A stretch of DNA of 52,000 nucleotides from Eledone cirrhosa (GCA_964016885.1 CAXHJY010001101.1:1-52000); one strand, 5' to 3'; shown: positions 9,661 to 25,096, numbered from the stretch's first letter. Made by a program: numbers and translations. Notes: a model not told the origin generated them from the letters alone.

Positions 9661-10866
9661 AAAATAATCAAAAAGACAGACTTTTTACCATTATTAAATT
9701 ATAATTATCTTTCTCTATTCTTTCACACAATCAACTTTACACATTCTCTCATACAACCTAACTTTTCAGATTTATTTCTTTTACAAACTCCCTCATACAA
9801 CCTTTTCCTATTCATGCAATCCTCACCTAACTCTTCTCTGCACTCTCAACTCTTGCCCACGCCGGCATATCATACACTAACACACCATTTCACCGGCTCT
9901 TGCCTACCTCTTCCAACACACATGCATCGTCCCTTCTATTTTCAATTAACAACAACTACCTTCATTCTATTTCAATTCAGCCGCAATCACTCTTACCTTT
10001 CACACTTCTCTTCCAACATACACCCAACCGTCTATCGTGTATCTGAGTAATTAACCTCATAGAAACAACACTTAAATTTACCTCCTCTCACACATAACCT
10101 ACATTATATGGAGAAAGATATCTGCCATTTTCACTCTTAGTATATCTTTCATCATACCACTGGCCAGCTAAATCATAACTTCCATCTTCCGACGGAGAAG
10201 ACGCTCCTATCAGAAGAAATCATCAGGCTAGATCCAGAAACGATCTTATCTTATTTGTCGTCTAACCTTCGGTCTCACGCCAGTTGGATTTACCCGTATT
10301 ATCTCTCTAGTCATTCTTTTCTTATACATTCTAAACACACCTTCCTACTACCAGAGTGGTGATCTTCCGATTCAGAAAATTCGCTGCTCTACCTGTACCC
10401 ACTCCCTCATCTCCAAGCTACACATCCAATCGACCAAGCTTATTCCAAACGCTTGTAAATCTACATTTACAAATCAATACAACAAACAATTTACTTCAGC
10501 GAACACACACAGACATATATTACTAGCAAATCACTTATATATGGAACTTGTGAGCATGTGATATCTCTAAAAGGTCGCATCTTGAACTCAATCAAACAAT
10601 CTAGCCTATACTAATATGGAAAGAGGACGTGCAATGATGATATGGATTTTTAGGCTTTTCTTAAGCACAGAGATTGTTTTAGTGTCACTTGCATTTAAAA
10701 TTTAATTATCTTTATTATCCACTTCTCAGTAGTGAGAACTTGATAAATATTTATTACAACAGTTAAACCAACTTCATTAAAGTATTATGTTGCTGTAGGT
10801 GTGTGTATAACATGCAACTAGATAAACTCTGATATAGTAGATAGATTCTTGTGAAATATCTATATA

Positions 10867-11719
10867 CAAGTGCACCACCATGCATTTTGGGAGTAAAAAC
10901 CCAGCGTCCACATACTCCCTCCACAGCACTAATATCAAGAAGTCTTCTTGTGAACGTGACCTGGACATTGCGGTCAGCAGCGATTTGCGTTGGACGAAGC
11001 ACGTCTCTAAAATTGTCAAGAGGGCCGAGGGTGTCTTAACATCACTCAGTAAGACCTTTGTCAGCCGCTCTCCTGCTATCTATTTAAGGCTGTACATGGC
11101 TATGGTGCGGCCACACTTAGAATTTGCATCACCAGTCTGGGACCCCTAGCTTGCTCAGAACATTGACCGCCTGGAAACTGTTCAGAGACGTGCAACCAAG
11201 CGAATACCCTCCATCAGGCATCTACCATACTCTGAGCGCCTTGCTTCCCTGGGCATGGATACATTGAAGCTCCGACGCCTGGCAACTGACTTGGTAAACA
11301 CCGACAAAATTGTTAACCATCTTGCCAACAACAACCCTGAGTAGCTTTTTGATTTCCATGTGTCTAACACACGTGGGCATGCCCACAAAGTCTGAAAACA
11401 GTACAGTTCCCATAACTTTCGGAAACATTTTTTCACGCTCAGAGTTGCTGAAGCATGTAACAAACTACCTGCATCGGTTGTTAGCTGTCGAGACACTGCA
11501 TCCTTTAAGGCCTCCATGCTTCCCGAGATTCGCCAACACTACACCTAATGTCGCCCCCTCCCTGCCTCATACACACATATATATCATGACTCATACACTA
11601 TTCACTTCCCTGACATTTGTGTTTTATTCTATGTACTATACATGCACCTTTGACGAGTTGTAGTGCACCTGAGCACTTTACACAATAATTTCATTATTAT
11701 TATTATTATTCTTATTATT
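10867..11719 (+). mobile_element. CR1-clade LINE 3' fragment, copy 5
   Basis: Near-identical to copy 1. Confidence 0.9.
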
Positions 11720-12170
11720 ATATAAATTAACCGTGAGAGACACTAAAGACACACACACAAATCTCAATTTGCGTTATTCATCGATCTGCTGGAAACAACG
11801 TTGATATTTGTCTCAACTAACAGCCTCTCTCCTGGAAGAAGGAAAAAAACGGTGATAAATACTTTTCTGCAAGTTTGTGTTAGTAGTTAATGCTAACACC
11901 AAATGTTGAATTATTTCCCTTGATTAATACAAGATAGTAGATTTGAAGGCGTAAGTAAAGATAGTTTAGTTGTTAAATTGATAAAGTTTGTATAAAGAAG
12001 AATAACTTTGAAAGTAAAGAGTAGTGAATAAGTGTATAAATAAAATAATTTGCAAGTTGTATTGTTTTTTGTATTGTGGAATTAAATTTTCAGTAGTTGC
12101 TGATGGTATAAAGTCAGTAGATCTTTTGTAAGTATAATGTTATATGAAGAAAGTGATTATGGTGTCTAGC

Positions 12171-12334
12171 ATACTTACCTGGCACAGGGGTTAACCATGA
12201 TCCGCTAGGTGGTTCTCCCAGAGTGAGGCTCTTCCATTGCACTGCGGTTGGGTTGACCTTTGCGATCGCCCCAAATGTGGGCGACTCGGGTGCGCTATTT
12301 CTAAGTGTGGGGTCTGCGTTCGCGCTCACCCCGT
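12171..12334 (+). ncRNA. U1: U1 snRNA, copy 5
   Basis: Same sequence as copy 1. Confidence 0.97.
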
Positions 12335-13540
12335 AAAATAATCAAAAAGACAGACTTTTTACCATTATTAAATTATAATTATCTTTCTCTATTCTTTCAC
12401 ACAATCAACTTTACACATTCTCTCATACAACCTAACTTTTCAGATTTATTTCTTTTACAAACTCCCTCATACAACCTTTTCCTATTCATGCAATCCTCAC
12501 CTAACTCTTCTCTGCACTCTCAACTCTTGCCCACGCCGGCATATCATACACTAGCACACCATTTCACCGGCTCTTGCCTACCTCTTCCAACACACATGCA
12601 TCGTCCCTTCTATTTTCAATTAACAACAACTACCTTCATTCTATTTCAATTCAGCCGCAATCACTCTTACCTTTCACACTTCTCTTCCAACATGCACCCA
12701 ACCGTCTATCGTGTATCTGAGTAATTAACCTCATAGAAACAACACTTAAATTTACCTCCTCTCACACATAACCTACATTATATGGAGAAAGATATCTGCC
12801 ATTTTCACTCTTAGTATATCTTTCATCATACCACTGGCCAGCTAAATCATAACTTCCATCTTCCGACGGAGAAGACGCTCCTATCAGAAGAAATCATCAG
12901 GCTAGATCCAGAAACGATCTTATCTTATTTGTCGTCTAACCTTCGGTCTCACGCCAGTTGGATTTACCCGTATTATCTCTCTAGTCATTCTTTTCTTATA
13001 CATTCTAAACACACCTTCCTACTACCAGAGTGGTGATCTTCCGATTCAGAAAATTCGCTGCTCTACCTGTACCCACTCCCTCATCTCCAAGCTACACATC
13101 CAATCGACCAAGCTTATTCCAAACGCTTGTAAATCTACATTTACAAATCAATACAACAAACAATTTACTTCAGCGAACACACACAGACATATATTACTAG
13201 CAAATCACTTATATATGGAACTTGTGAGCATGTGATATCTCTAAAAGGTCGCATCTTGAACTCAATCAAACAATCTAGCCTATACTAATATGGAAAGAGG
13301 ACGTGCAATGATGATATGGATTTTTAGGCTTTTCTTAAGCACAGAGATTGTTTTAGTGTCACTTGCATTTAAAATTTAATTATCTTTATTATCCACTTCT
13401 CAGTAGTGAGAACTTGATAAATATTTATTACAACAGTTAAACCAACTTCATTAAAGTATTATGTTGCTGTAGGTGTGTGTATAACATGCAACTAGATAAA
13501 CTCTGATATAGTAGATAGATTCTTGTGAAATATCTATATA

Positions 13541-14364
13541 CAAGTGCACCACCATGCATTTTGGGAGTAAAAACCCAGCGTCCACATACTCCCTCCACAG
13601 CACTAATATCAAGAAGTCTTCTTGTGAACGTGACCTGGACATTGCGGTCAGCAGCGATTTGCGTTGGACGAAGCACGTCTCTAAAATTGTCAAGAGGGCC
13701 GAGGGTGTCTTAACATCACTCAGTAAGACCTTTGTCAGCCGCTCTCCTGCTATCTATTTAAGGCTGTACATGGCTATGGTGCGGCCACACTTAGAATTTG
13801 CATCACCAGTCTGGGACCCCTAGCTTGCTCAGAACATTGACCGCCTGGAAACTGTTCAGAGACGTGCAACCAAGCGAATACCCTCCATCAGGCATCTACC
13901 ATACTCTGAGCGCCTTGCTTCCCTGGGCATGGATACATTGAAGCTCCGACGCCTGGCAACTGACTTGGTAAACACCGACAAAATTGTTAACCATCTTGCC
14001 AACAACAACCCTGAGTAGCTTTTTGATTTCCATGTGTCTAACACACGTGGGCATGCCCACAAAGTCTGAAAACAGTACAGTTCCCATGACTTTCGGAAAC
14101 ATTTTTTCACGCTCAGAGTTGCTGAAGCATGTAAAAAACTACCTGCATCGGTTGTTAGCTGTCGAGACACTGCATCCTTTAAGGCCTCCATGCTTCCCGA
14201 GATTCGCCAACACTACACCTAATGTCGCCCCCTCCCTGCCTCATACACACATATATATCATGACTCATACACTATTCACTTCCCTGACATTTGTGTTTTA
14301 TTCTATGTACTATACATGCACCTTTGACGAGTTGTAGTGCACCTGAGCACTTTACACAATAATT

Positions 14365-14393
<29 letters not shown>
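13541..14393 (+). mobile_element. CR1-clade LINE 3' fragment, copy 6
   Basis: Near-identical to copy 1. Confidence 0.9.
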
Positions 14394-14398
<5 letters not shown>

Positions 14399-14843
14399 AA
14401 TTAACCGTGAGAGACACTAAAGACACACACACAAATCTCAATTTGCGTTATTCATCGATCTGCTGGAAACAACGTTGATATTTGTCTCAACTAACAGCCT
14501 CTCTCCTGGAAGAAGGAAAAAACGGTGATAAATACTTTTCTGCAAGTTTGTGTTAGTAGTTAATGCTAACACCAAATGTTGAATTATTTCCCTTGATTAA
14601 TACAAGATAGTAGATTTGAAGGCGTAAGTAAAGATAGTTTAGTTGTTAAATTGATAAAGTTTGTATAAAGAAGAATAACTTTGAAAGTAAAGAGTAGTGA
14701 ATAAGTGTATAAATAAAATAATTTGCAAGTTGTATTGTTTTTTGTATTGTGGAATTAAATTTTCAGTAGTTGCTGATGGTATAAAGTCAGTAGATCTTTT
14801 GTAAGTATAATGTTATATGAAGAAAGTGATTATGGTGTCTAGC

Positions 14844-15007
14844 ATACTTACCTGGCACAGGGGTTAACCATGATCCGCTAGGTGGTTCTCCCAGAGTGAG
14901 GCTCTTCCATTGCACTGCGGTTGGGTTGACCTTTGCGATCGCCCCAAATGTGGGCGACTCGGGTGCGCTATTTCTAAGTGTGGGGTCTGCGTTCGCGCTC
15001 ACCCCGT
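14844..15007 (+). ncRNA. U1: U1 snRNA, copy 6
   Basis: Same sequence as copy 1. Confidence 0.97.
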
Positions 15008-16213
15008 AAAATAATCAAAAAGACAGACTTTTTACCATTATTAAATTATAATTATCTTTCTCTATTCTTTCACACAATCAACTTTACACATTCTCTCATA
15101 CAACCTAACTTTTCAGATTTATTTCTTTTACAAACTCCCTCATACAACCTTTTCCTATTCATGCAATCCTCACCTAACTCTTCTCTGCACTCTCAACTCT
15201 TGCCCACGCCGGCATATCATACACTAACACACCATTTCACCGGCTCTTGCCTACCTCTTCCAACACACATGCATCGTCCCTTCTATTTTCAATTAACAAC
15301 AACTACCTTCATTCTATTTCAATTCAGCCGCAATCACTCTTACCTTTCACACTTCTCTTCCAACATACACCCAACCGTCTATCGTGTATCTGAGTAATTA
15401 ACCTCATAGAAACAACACTTAAATTTACCTCCTCTCACACATAACCTACATTATATGGAGAAAGATATCTGCCATTTTCACTCTTAGTATATCTTTCATC
15501 ATACCACTGGCCAGCTAAATCATAACTTCCATCTTCCGACGGAGAAGACGCTCCTATCAGAAGAAATCATCAGGCTAGATCCAGAAACGATCTTATCTTA
15601 TTTGTCGTCTAACCTTCGGTCTCACGCCAGTTGGATTTACCCGTATTATCTCTCTAGTCATTCTTTTCTTATACATTCTAAACACACCTTCCTACTACCA
15701 GAGTGGTGATCTTCCGATTCAGAAAATTCGCTGCTCTACCTGTACCCACTCCCTCATCTCCAAGCTACACATCCAATCGACCAAGCTTATTCCAAACGCT
15801 TGTAAATCTACATTTACAAATCAATACAACAAACAATTTACTTCAGCGAACACACACAGACATATATTACTAGCAAATCACTTATATATGGAACTTGTGA
15901 GCATGTGATATCTCTAAAAGGTCGCATCTTGAACTCAATCAAACAATCTAGCCTATACTAATATGGAAAGAGGACGTGCAATGATGATATGGATTTTTAG
16001 GCTTTTCTTAAGCACAGAGATTGTTTTAGTGTCACTTGCATTTAAAATTTAATTATCTTTATTATCCACTTCTCAGTAGTGAGAACTTGATAAATATTTA
16101 TTACAACAGTTAAACCAACTTCATTAAAGTATTATGTTGCTGTAGGTGTGTGTATAACATGCAACTAGATAAACTCTGATATAGTAGATAGATTCTTGTG
16201 AAATATCTATATA

Positions 16214-17037
16214 CAAGTGCACCACCATGCATTTTGGGAGTAAAAACCCAGCGTCCACATACTCCCTCCACAGCACTAATATCAAGAAGTCTTCTTGTGA
16301 ACGTGACCTGGACATTGCGGTCAGCAGCGATTTGCGTTGGACGAAGCACGTCTCTAAAATTGTCAAGAGGGCCGAGGGTGTCTTAACATCACTCAGTAAG
16401 ACCTTTGTCAGCCGCTCTCCTGCTATCTATTTAAGGCTGTACATGGCTATGGTGCGGCCACACTTAGAATTTGCATCACCAGTCTGGGACCCCTAGCTTG
16501 CTCAGAACATTGACCGCCTGGAAACTGTTCAGAGACGTGCAACCAAGCGAATACCCTCCATCAGGCATCTACCATACTCTGAGCGCCTTGCTTCCCTGGG
16601 CATGGATACATTGAAGCTCCGACGCCTGGCAACTGACTTGGTAAACACCGACAAAATTGTTAACCATCTTGCCAACAACAACCCTGAGTAGCTTTTTGAT
16701 TTCCATGTGTCTAACACACGTGGGCATGCCCACAAAGTCTGAAAACAGTACAGTTCCCATGACTTTCGGAAACATTTTTTCACGCTCAGAGTTGCTGAAG
16801 CATGTAAAAAACTACCTGCATCGGTTGTTAGCTGTCGAGACACTGCATCCTTTAAGGCCTCCATGCTTCCCGAGATTCGCCAACACTACACCTAATGTCG
16901 CCCCCTCCCTGCCTCATACACACATATATATCATGACTCATACACTATTCACTTCCCTGACATTTGTGTTTTATTCTATGTACTATACATGCACCTTTGA
17001 CGAGTTGTAGTGCACCTGAGCACTTTACACAATAATT

Positions 17038-17066
<29 letters not shown>
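16214..17066 (+). mobile_element. CR1-clade LINE 3' fragment, copy 7
   Basis: Near-identical to copy 1. Confidence 0.9.
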
Positions 17067-17071
<5 letters not shown>

Positions 17072-17517
17072 AATTAACCGTGAGAGACACTAAAGACACA
17101 CACACAAATCTCAATTTGCGTTATTCATCGATCTGCTGGAAACAACGTTGATATTTGTCTCAACTAACAGCCTCTCTCCTGGAAGAAGGAAAAAAACGGT
17201 GATAAATACTTTTCTGCAAGTTTGTGTTAGTAGTTAATGCTAACACCAAATGTTGAATTATTTCCCTTGATTAATACAAGATAGTAGATTTGAAGGCGTA
17301 AGTAAAGATAGTTTAGTTGTTAAATTGATAAAGTTTGTATAAAGAAGAATAACTTTGAAAGTAAAGAGTAGTGAATAAGTGTATAAATAAAATAATTTGC
17401 AAGTTGTATTGTTTTTTGTAGTGTGGAATTAAATTTTCAGTAGTTGCTGATGGTATAAAGTCAGTAGATCTTTTGTAAGTATAATGTTATATGAAGAAAG
17501 TGATTATGGTGTCTAGC

Positions 17518-17681
17518 ATACTTACCTGGCACAGGGGTTAACCATGATCCGCTAGGTGGTTCTCCCAGAGTGAGGCTCTTCCATTGCACTGCGGTTGGGT
17601 TGACCTTTGCGATCGCCCCAAATGTGGGCGACTCGGGTGCGCTATTTCTAAGTGTGGGGTCTGCGTTCGCGCTCACCCCGT
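17518..17681 (+). ncRNA. U1: U1 snRNA, copy 7
   Basis: Same sequence as copy 1. Confidence 0.97.
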
Positions 17682-18887
17682 AAAATAATCAAAAAGACAG
17701 ACTTTTTACCATTATTAAATTATAATTATCTTTCTCTATTCTTTCACACAATCAACTTTACACATTCTCTCATACAACCTAACTTTTCAGATTTATTTCT
17801 TTTACAAACTCCCTCATACAACCTTTTCCTATTCATGCAATCCTCACCTAACTCTTCTCTGCACTCTCAACTCTTGCCCACGCCGGCATATCATACACTA
17901 GCACACCATTTCACCGGCTCTTGCCTACCTCTTCCAACACACATGCATCGTCCCTTCTATTTTCAATTAACAACAACTACCTTCATTCTATTTCAATTCA
18001 GCCGCAATCACTCTTACCTTTCACACTTCTCTTCCAACATACACCCAACCGTCTATCGTGTATCTGAGTAATTAACCTCATAGAAACAACACTTAAATTT
18101 ACCTCCTCTCACACATAACCTACATTATATGGAGAAAGATATCTGCCATTTTCACTCTTAGTATATCTTTCATCATACCACTGGCCAGCTAAATCATAAC
18201 TTCCATCTTCCGACGGAGAAGACGCTCCTATCAGAAGAAATCATCAGGCTAGATCCAGAAACGATCTTATCTTATTTGTCGTCTAACCTTCGGTCTCACG
18301 CCAGTTGGATTTACCCGTATTATCTCTCTAGTCATTCTTTTCTTATACATTCTAAACACACCTTCCTACTACCAGAGTGGTGATCTTCCGATTCAGAAAA
18401 TTCGCTGCTCTACCTGTACCCACTCCCTCATCTCCAAGCTACACATCCAATCGACCAAGCTTATTCCAAACGCTTGTAAATCTACATTTACAAATCAATA
18501 CAACAAACAATTTACTTCAGCGAACACACACAGACATATATTACTAGCAAATCACTTATATATGGAACTTGTGAGCATGTGATATCTCTAAAAGGTCGCA
18601 TCTTGAACTCAATCAAACAATCTAGCCTATACTAATATGGAAAGAGGACGTGCAATGATGATATGGATTTTTAGGCTTTTCTTAAGCACAGAGATTGTTT
18701 TAGTGTCACTTGCATTTAAAATTTAATTATCTTTATTATCCACTTCTCAGTAGTGAGAACTTGATAAATATTTATTACAACAGTTAAACCAACTTCATTA
18801 AAGTATTATGTTGCTGTAGGTGTGTGTATAACATGCAACTAGATAAACTCTGATATAGTAGATAGATTCTTGTGAAATATCTATATA

Positions 18888-19711
18888 CAAGTGCACCACC
18901 ATGCATTTTGGGAGTAAAAACCCAGCGTCCACATACTCCCTCCACAGCACTAATATCAAGAAGTCTTCTTGTGAACGTGACCTGGACATTGCGGTCAGCA
19001 GCGATTTGCGTTGGACGAAGCACGTCTCTAAAATTGTCAAGAGGGCCGAGGGTGTCTTAACATCACTCAGTAAGACCTTTGTCAGCCGCTCTCCTGCTAT
19101 CTATTTAAGGCTGTACATGGCTATGGTGCGGCCACACTTAGAATTTGCATCACCAGTCTGGGACCCCTAGCTTGCTCAGAACATTGACCGCCTGGAAACT
19201 GTTCAGAGACGTGCAACCAAGCGAATACCCTCCATCAGGCATCTACCATACTCTGAGCGCCTTGCTTCCCTGGGCATGGATACATTGAAGCTCCGACGCC
19301 TGACAACTGACTTGGTAAACACCGACAAAATTGTTAACCATCTTGCCAACAACAACCCTGAGTAGCTTTTTGATTTCCATGTGTCTAACACACGTGGGCA
19401 TGCCCACAAAGTCTGAAAACAGTACAGTTCCCATGACTTTCGGAAACATTTTTTCACGCTCAGAGTTGCTGAAGCATGTAAAAAACTACCTGCATCGGTT
19501 GTTAGCTGTCGAGACACTGCATCCTTTAAGGCCTCCATGCTTCCCGAGATTCGCCAACACTACACCTAATGTCGCCCCCTCCCTGCCTCATACACACATA
19601 TATATCATGACTCATACACTATTCACTTCCCTGACATTTGTGTTTTATTCTATGTACTATACATGCACCTTTGACGAGTTGTAGTGCACCTGAGCACTTT
19701 ACACAATAATT

Positions 19712-19740
<29 letters not shown>
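18888..19740 (+). mobile_element. CR1-clade LINE 3' fragment, copy 8
   Basis: Near-identical to copy 1. Confidence 0.9.
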
Positions 19741-19745
<5 letters not shown>

Positions 19746-20191
19746 AATTAACCGTGAGAGACACTAAAGACACACACACAAATCTCAATTTGCGTTATTC
19801 ATCGATCTGCTGGAAACAACGTTGATATTTGTCTCAACTAACAGCCTCTCTCCTGGAAGAAGGAAAAAAACGGTGATAAATACTTTTCTGCAAGTTTGTG
19901 TTAGTAGTTAATGCTAACACCAAATGTTGAATTATTTCCCTTGATTAATACAAGATAGTAGATTTGAAGGCGTAAGTAAAGATAGTTTAGTTGTTAAATT
20001 GATAAAGTTTGTATAAAGAAGAATAACTTTGAAAGTAAAGAGTAGTGAATAAGTGTATAAATAAAATAATTTGCAAGTTGTATTGTTTTTTGTAGTGTGG
20101 AATTAAATTTTCAGTAGTTGCTGATGGTATAAAGTCAGTAGATCTTTTGTAAGTATAATGTTATATGAAGAAAGTGATTATGGTGTCTAGC

Positions 20192-20355
20192 ATACTTACC
20201 TGGCACAGGGGTTAACCATGATCCGCTAGGTGGTTCTCCCAGAGTGAGGCTCTTCCATTGCACTGCGGTTGGGTTGACCTTTGCGATCGCCCCAAATGTG
20301 GGCGACTCGGGTGCGCTATTTCTAAGTGTGGGGTCTGCGTTCGCGCTCACCCCGT
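20192..20355 (+). ncRNA. U1: U1 snRNA, copy 8
   Basis: Same sequence as copy 1. Confidence 0.97.
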
Positions 20356-21561
20356 AAAATAATCAAAAAGACAGACTTTTTACCATTATTAAATTATAAT
20401 TATCTTTCTCTATTCTTTCACACAATCAACTTTACACATTCTCTCATACAACCTAACTTTTCAGATTTATTTCTTTTACAAACTCCCTCATACAACCTTT
20501 TCCTATTCATGCAATCCTCACCTAACTCTTCTCTGCACTCTCAACTCTTGCCCACGCCGGCATATCATACACTAACACACCATTTCACCGGCTCTTGCCT
20601 ACCTCTTCCAACACACATGCATCGTCCCTTCTATTTTCAATTAACAACAACTACCTTCATTCTATTTCAATTCAGCCGCAATCACTCTTACCTTTCACAC
20701 TTCTCTTCCAACATACACCCAACCGTCTATCGTGTATCTGAGTAATTAACCTCATAGAAACAACACTTAAATTTACCTCCTCTCACACATAACCTACATT
20801 ATATGGAGAAAGATATCTGCCATTTTCACTCTTAGTATATCTTTCATCATACCACTGGCCAGCTAAATCATAACTTCCATCTTCCGACGGAGAAGACGCT
20901 CCTATCAGAAGAAATCATCAGGCTAGATCCAGAAACGATCTTATCTTATTTGTCGTCTAACCTTCGGTCTCACGCCAGTTGGATTTACCCGTATTATCTC
21001 TCTAGTCATTCTTTTCTTATACATTCTAAACACACCTTCCTACTACCAGAGTGGTGATCTTCCGATTCAGAAAATTCGCTGCTCTACCTGTACCCACTCC
21101 CTCATCTCCAAGCTACACATCCAATCGACCAAGCTTATTCCAAACGCTTGTAAATCTACATTTACAAATCAATACAACAAACAATTTACTTCAGCGAACA
21201 CACACAGACATATATTACTAGCAAATCACTTATATATGGAACTTGTGAGCATGTGATATCTCTAAAAGGTCGCATCTTGAACTCAATCAAACAATCTAGC
21301 CTATACTAATATGGAAAGAGGACGTGCAATGATGATATGGATTTTTAGGCTTTTCTTAAGCACAGAGATTGTTTTAGTGTCACTTGCATTTAAAATTTAA
21401 TTATCTTTATTATCCACTTCTCAGTAGTGAGAACTTGATAAATATTTATTACAACAGTTAAACCAACTTCATTAAAGTATTATGTTGCTGTAGGTGTGTG
21501 TATAACATGCAACTAGATAAACTCTGATATAGTAGATAGATTCTTGTGAAATATCTATATA

Positions 21562-22385
21562 CAAGTGCACCACCATGCATTTTGGGAGTAAAAACCCAGC
21601 GTCCACATACTCCCTCCACAGCACTAATATCAAGAAGTCTTCTTGTGAACGTGACCTGGACATTGCGGTCAGCAGCGATTTGCGTTGGACGAAGCACGTC
21701 TCTAAAATTGTCAAGAGGGCCGAGGGTGTCTTAACATCACTCAGTAAGACCTTTGTCAGCCGCTCTCCTGCTATCTATTTAAGGCTGTACATGGCTATGG
21801 TGCGGCCACACTTAGAATTTGCATCACCAGTCTGGGACCCCTAGCTTGCTCAGAACATTGACCGCCTGGAAACTGTTCAGAGACGTGCAACCAAGCGAAT
21901 ACCCTCCATCAGGCATCTACCATACTCTGAGCGCCTTGCTTCCCTGGGCATGGATACATTGAAGCTCCGACGCCTGGCAACTGACTTGGTAAACACCGAC
22001 AAAATTGTTAACCATCTTGCCAACAACAACCCTGAGTAGCTTTTTGATTTCCATGTGTCTAACACACGTGGGCATGCCCACAAAGTCTGAAAACAGTACA
22101 GTTCCCATGACTTTCGGAAACATTTTTTCACGCTCAGAGTTGCTGAAGCATGTAAAAAACTACCTGCATCGGTTGTTAGCTGTCGAGACACTGCATCCTT
22201 TAAGGCCTCCATGCTTCCCGAGATTCGCCAACACTACACCTAATGTCGCCCCCTCCCTGCCTCATACACACATATATATCATGACTCATACACTATTCAC
22301 TTCCCTGACATTTGTGTTTTATTCTATGTACTATACATGCACCTTTGACGAGTTGTAGTGCACCTGAGCACTTTACACAATAATT

Positions 22386-22417
<32 letters not shown>
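21562..22417 (+). mobile_element. CR1-clade LINE 3' fragment, copy 9 (+1 ATT)
   Basis: Near-identical to copy 1; tail is 3 bp longer. Confidence 0.9.
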
Positions 22418-22422
<5 letters not shown>

Positions 22423-22868
22423 AATTAACCGTGAGAGACACTAAAGACACACACACAAATCTCAATTTGCGTTATTCATCGATCTGCTGGAAACAACGTT
22501 GATATTTGTCTCAACTAACAGCCTCTCTCCTGGAAGAAGGAAAAAAACGGTGATAAATACTTTTCTGCAAGTTTGTGTTAGTAGTTAATGCTAACACCAA
22601 ATGTTGAATTATTTCCCTTGATTAATACAAGATAGTAGATTTGAAGGCGTAAGTAAAGATAGTTTAGTTGTTAAATTGATAAAGTTTGTATAAAGAAGAA
22701 TAACTTTGAAAGTAAAGAGTAGTGAATAAGTGTATAAATAAAATAATTTGCAAGTTGTATTGTTTTTTGTAGTGTGGAATTAAATTTTCAGTAGTTGCTG
22801 ATGGTATAAAGTCAGTAGATCTTTTGTAAGTATAATGTTATATGAAGAAAGTGATTATGGTGTCTAGC

Positions 22869-23032
22869 ATACTTACCTGGCACAGGGGTTAACCATGATC
22901 CGCTAGGTGGTTCTCCCAGAGTGAGGCTCTTCCATTGCACTGCGGTTGGGTTGACCTTTGCGATCGCCCCAAATGTGGGCGACTCGGGTGCGCTATTTCT
23001 AAGTGTGGGGTCTGCGTTCGCGCTCACCCCGT
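22869..23032 (+). ncRNA. U1: U1 snRNA, copy 9
   Basis: Same sequence as copy 1. Confidence 0.97.
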
Positions 23033-24238
23033 AAAATAATCAAAAAGACAGACTTTTTACCATTATTAAATTATAATTATCTTTCTCTATTCTTTCACAC
23101 AATCAACTTTACACATTCTCTCATACAACCTAACTTTTCAGATTTATTTCTTTTACAAACTCCCTCATACAACCTTTTCCTATTCATGCAATCCTCACCT
23201 AACTCTTCTCTGCACTCTCAACTCTTGCCCACGCCGGCATATCATACACTAACACACCATTTCACCGGCTCTTGCCTACCTCTTCCAACACACATGCATC
23301 GTCCCTTCTATTTTCAATTAACAACAACTACCTTCATTCTATTTCAATTCAGCCGCAATCACTCTTACCTTTCACACTTCTCTTCCAACATACACCCAAC
23401 CGTCTATCGTGTATCTGAGTAATTAACCTCATAGAAACAACACTTAAATTTACCTCCTCTCACACATAACCTACATTATATGGAGAAAGATATCTGCCAT
23501 TTTCACTCTTAGTATATCTTTCATCATACCACTGGCCAGCTAAATCATAACTTCCATCTTCCGACGGAGAAGACGCTCCTATCAGAAGAAATCATCAGGC
23601 TAGATCCAGAAACGATCTTATCTTATTTGTCGTCTAACCTTCGGTCTCACGCCAGTTGGATTTACCCGTATTATCTCTCTAGTCATTCTTTTCTTATACA
23701 TTCTAAACACACCTTCCTACTACCAGAGTGGTGATCTTCCGATTCAGAAAATTCGCTGCTCTACCTGTACCCACTCCCTCATCTCCAAGCTACACATCCA
23801 ATCGACCAAGCTTATTCCAAACGCTTGTAAATCTACATTTACAAATCAATACAACAAACAATTTACTTCAGCGAACACACACAGACATATATTACTAGCA
23901 AATCACTTATATATGGAACTTGTGAGCATGTGATATCTCTAAAAGGTCGCATCTTGAACTCAATCAAACAATCTAGCCTATACTAATATGGAAAGAGGAC
24001 GTGCAATGATGATATGGATTTTTAGGCTTTTCTTAAGCACAGAGATTGTTTTAGTGTCACTTGCATTTAAAATTTAATTATCTTTATTATCCACTTCTCA
24101 GTAGTGAGAACTTGATAAATATTTATTACAACAGTTAAACCAACTTCATTAAAGTATTATGTTGCTGTAGGTGTGTGTATAACATGCAACTAGATAAACT
24201 CTGATATAGTAGATAGATTCTTGTGAAATATCTATATA

Positions 24239-25062
24239 CAAGTGCACCACCATGCATTTTGGGAGTAAAAACCCAGCGTCCACATACTCCCTCCACAGCA
24301 CTAATATCAAGAAGTCTTCTTGTGAACGTGACCTGGACATTGCGGTCAGCAGCGATTTGCGTTGGACGAAGCACGTCTCTAAAATTGTCAAGAGGGCCGA
24401 GGGTGTCTTAACATCACTCAGTAAGACCTTTGTCAGCCGCTCTCCTGCTATCTATTTAAGGCTGTACATGGCTATGGTGCGGCCACACTTAGAATTTGCA
24501 TCACCAGTCTGGGACCCCTAGCTTGCTCAGAACATTGACCGCCTGGAAACTGTTCAGAGACGTGCAACCAAGCGAATACCCTCCATCAGGCATCTACCAT
24601 ACTCTGAGCGCCTTGCTTCCCTGGGCATGGATACATTGAAGCTCCGACGCCTGGCAACTGACTTGGTAAACACCGACAAAATTGTTAACCATCTTGCCAA
24701 CAACAACCCTGAGTAGCTTTTTGATTTCCATGTGTCTAACACACGTGGGCATGCCCACAAAGTCTGAAAACAGTACAGTTCCCATGACTTTCGGAAACAT
24801 TTTTTCACGCTCAGAGTTGCTGAAGCATGTAAAAAACTACCTGCATCGGTTGTTAGCTGTCGAGACACTGCATCCTTTAAGGCCTCCATGCTTCCCGAGA
24901 TTCGCCAACACTACACCTAATGTCGCCCCCTCCCTGCCTCATACACACATATATATCATGACTCATACACTATTCACTTCCCTGACATTTGTGTTTTATT
25001 CTATGTACTATACATGCACCTTTGACGAGTTGTAGTGCACCTGAGCACTTTACACAATAATT

Positions 25063-25091
<29 letters not shown>
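24239..25091 (+). mobile_element. CR1-clade LINE 3' fragment, copy 10
   Basis: Near-identical to copy 1. Confidence 0.9.
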
Positions 25092-25096
<5 letters not shown>

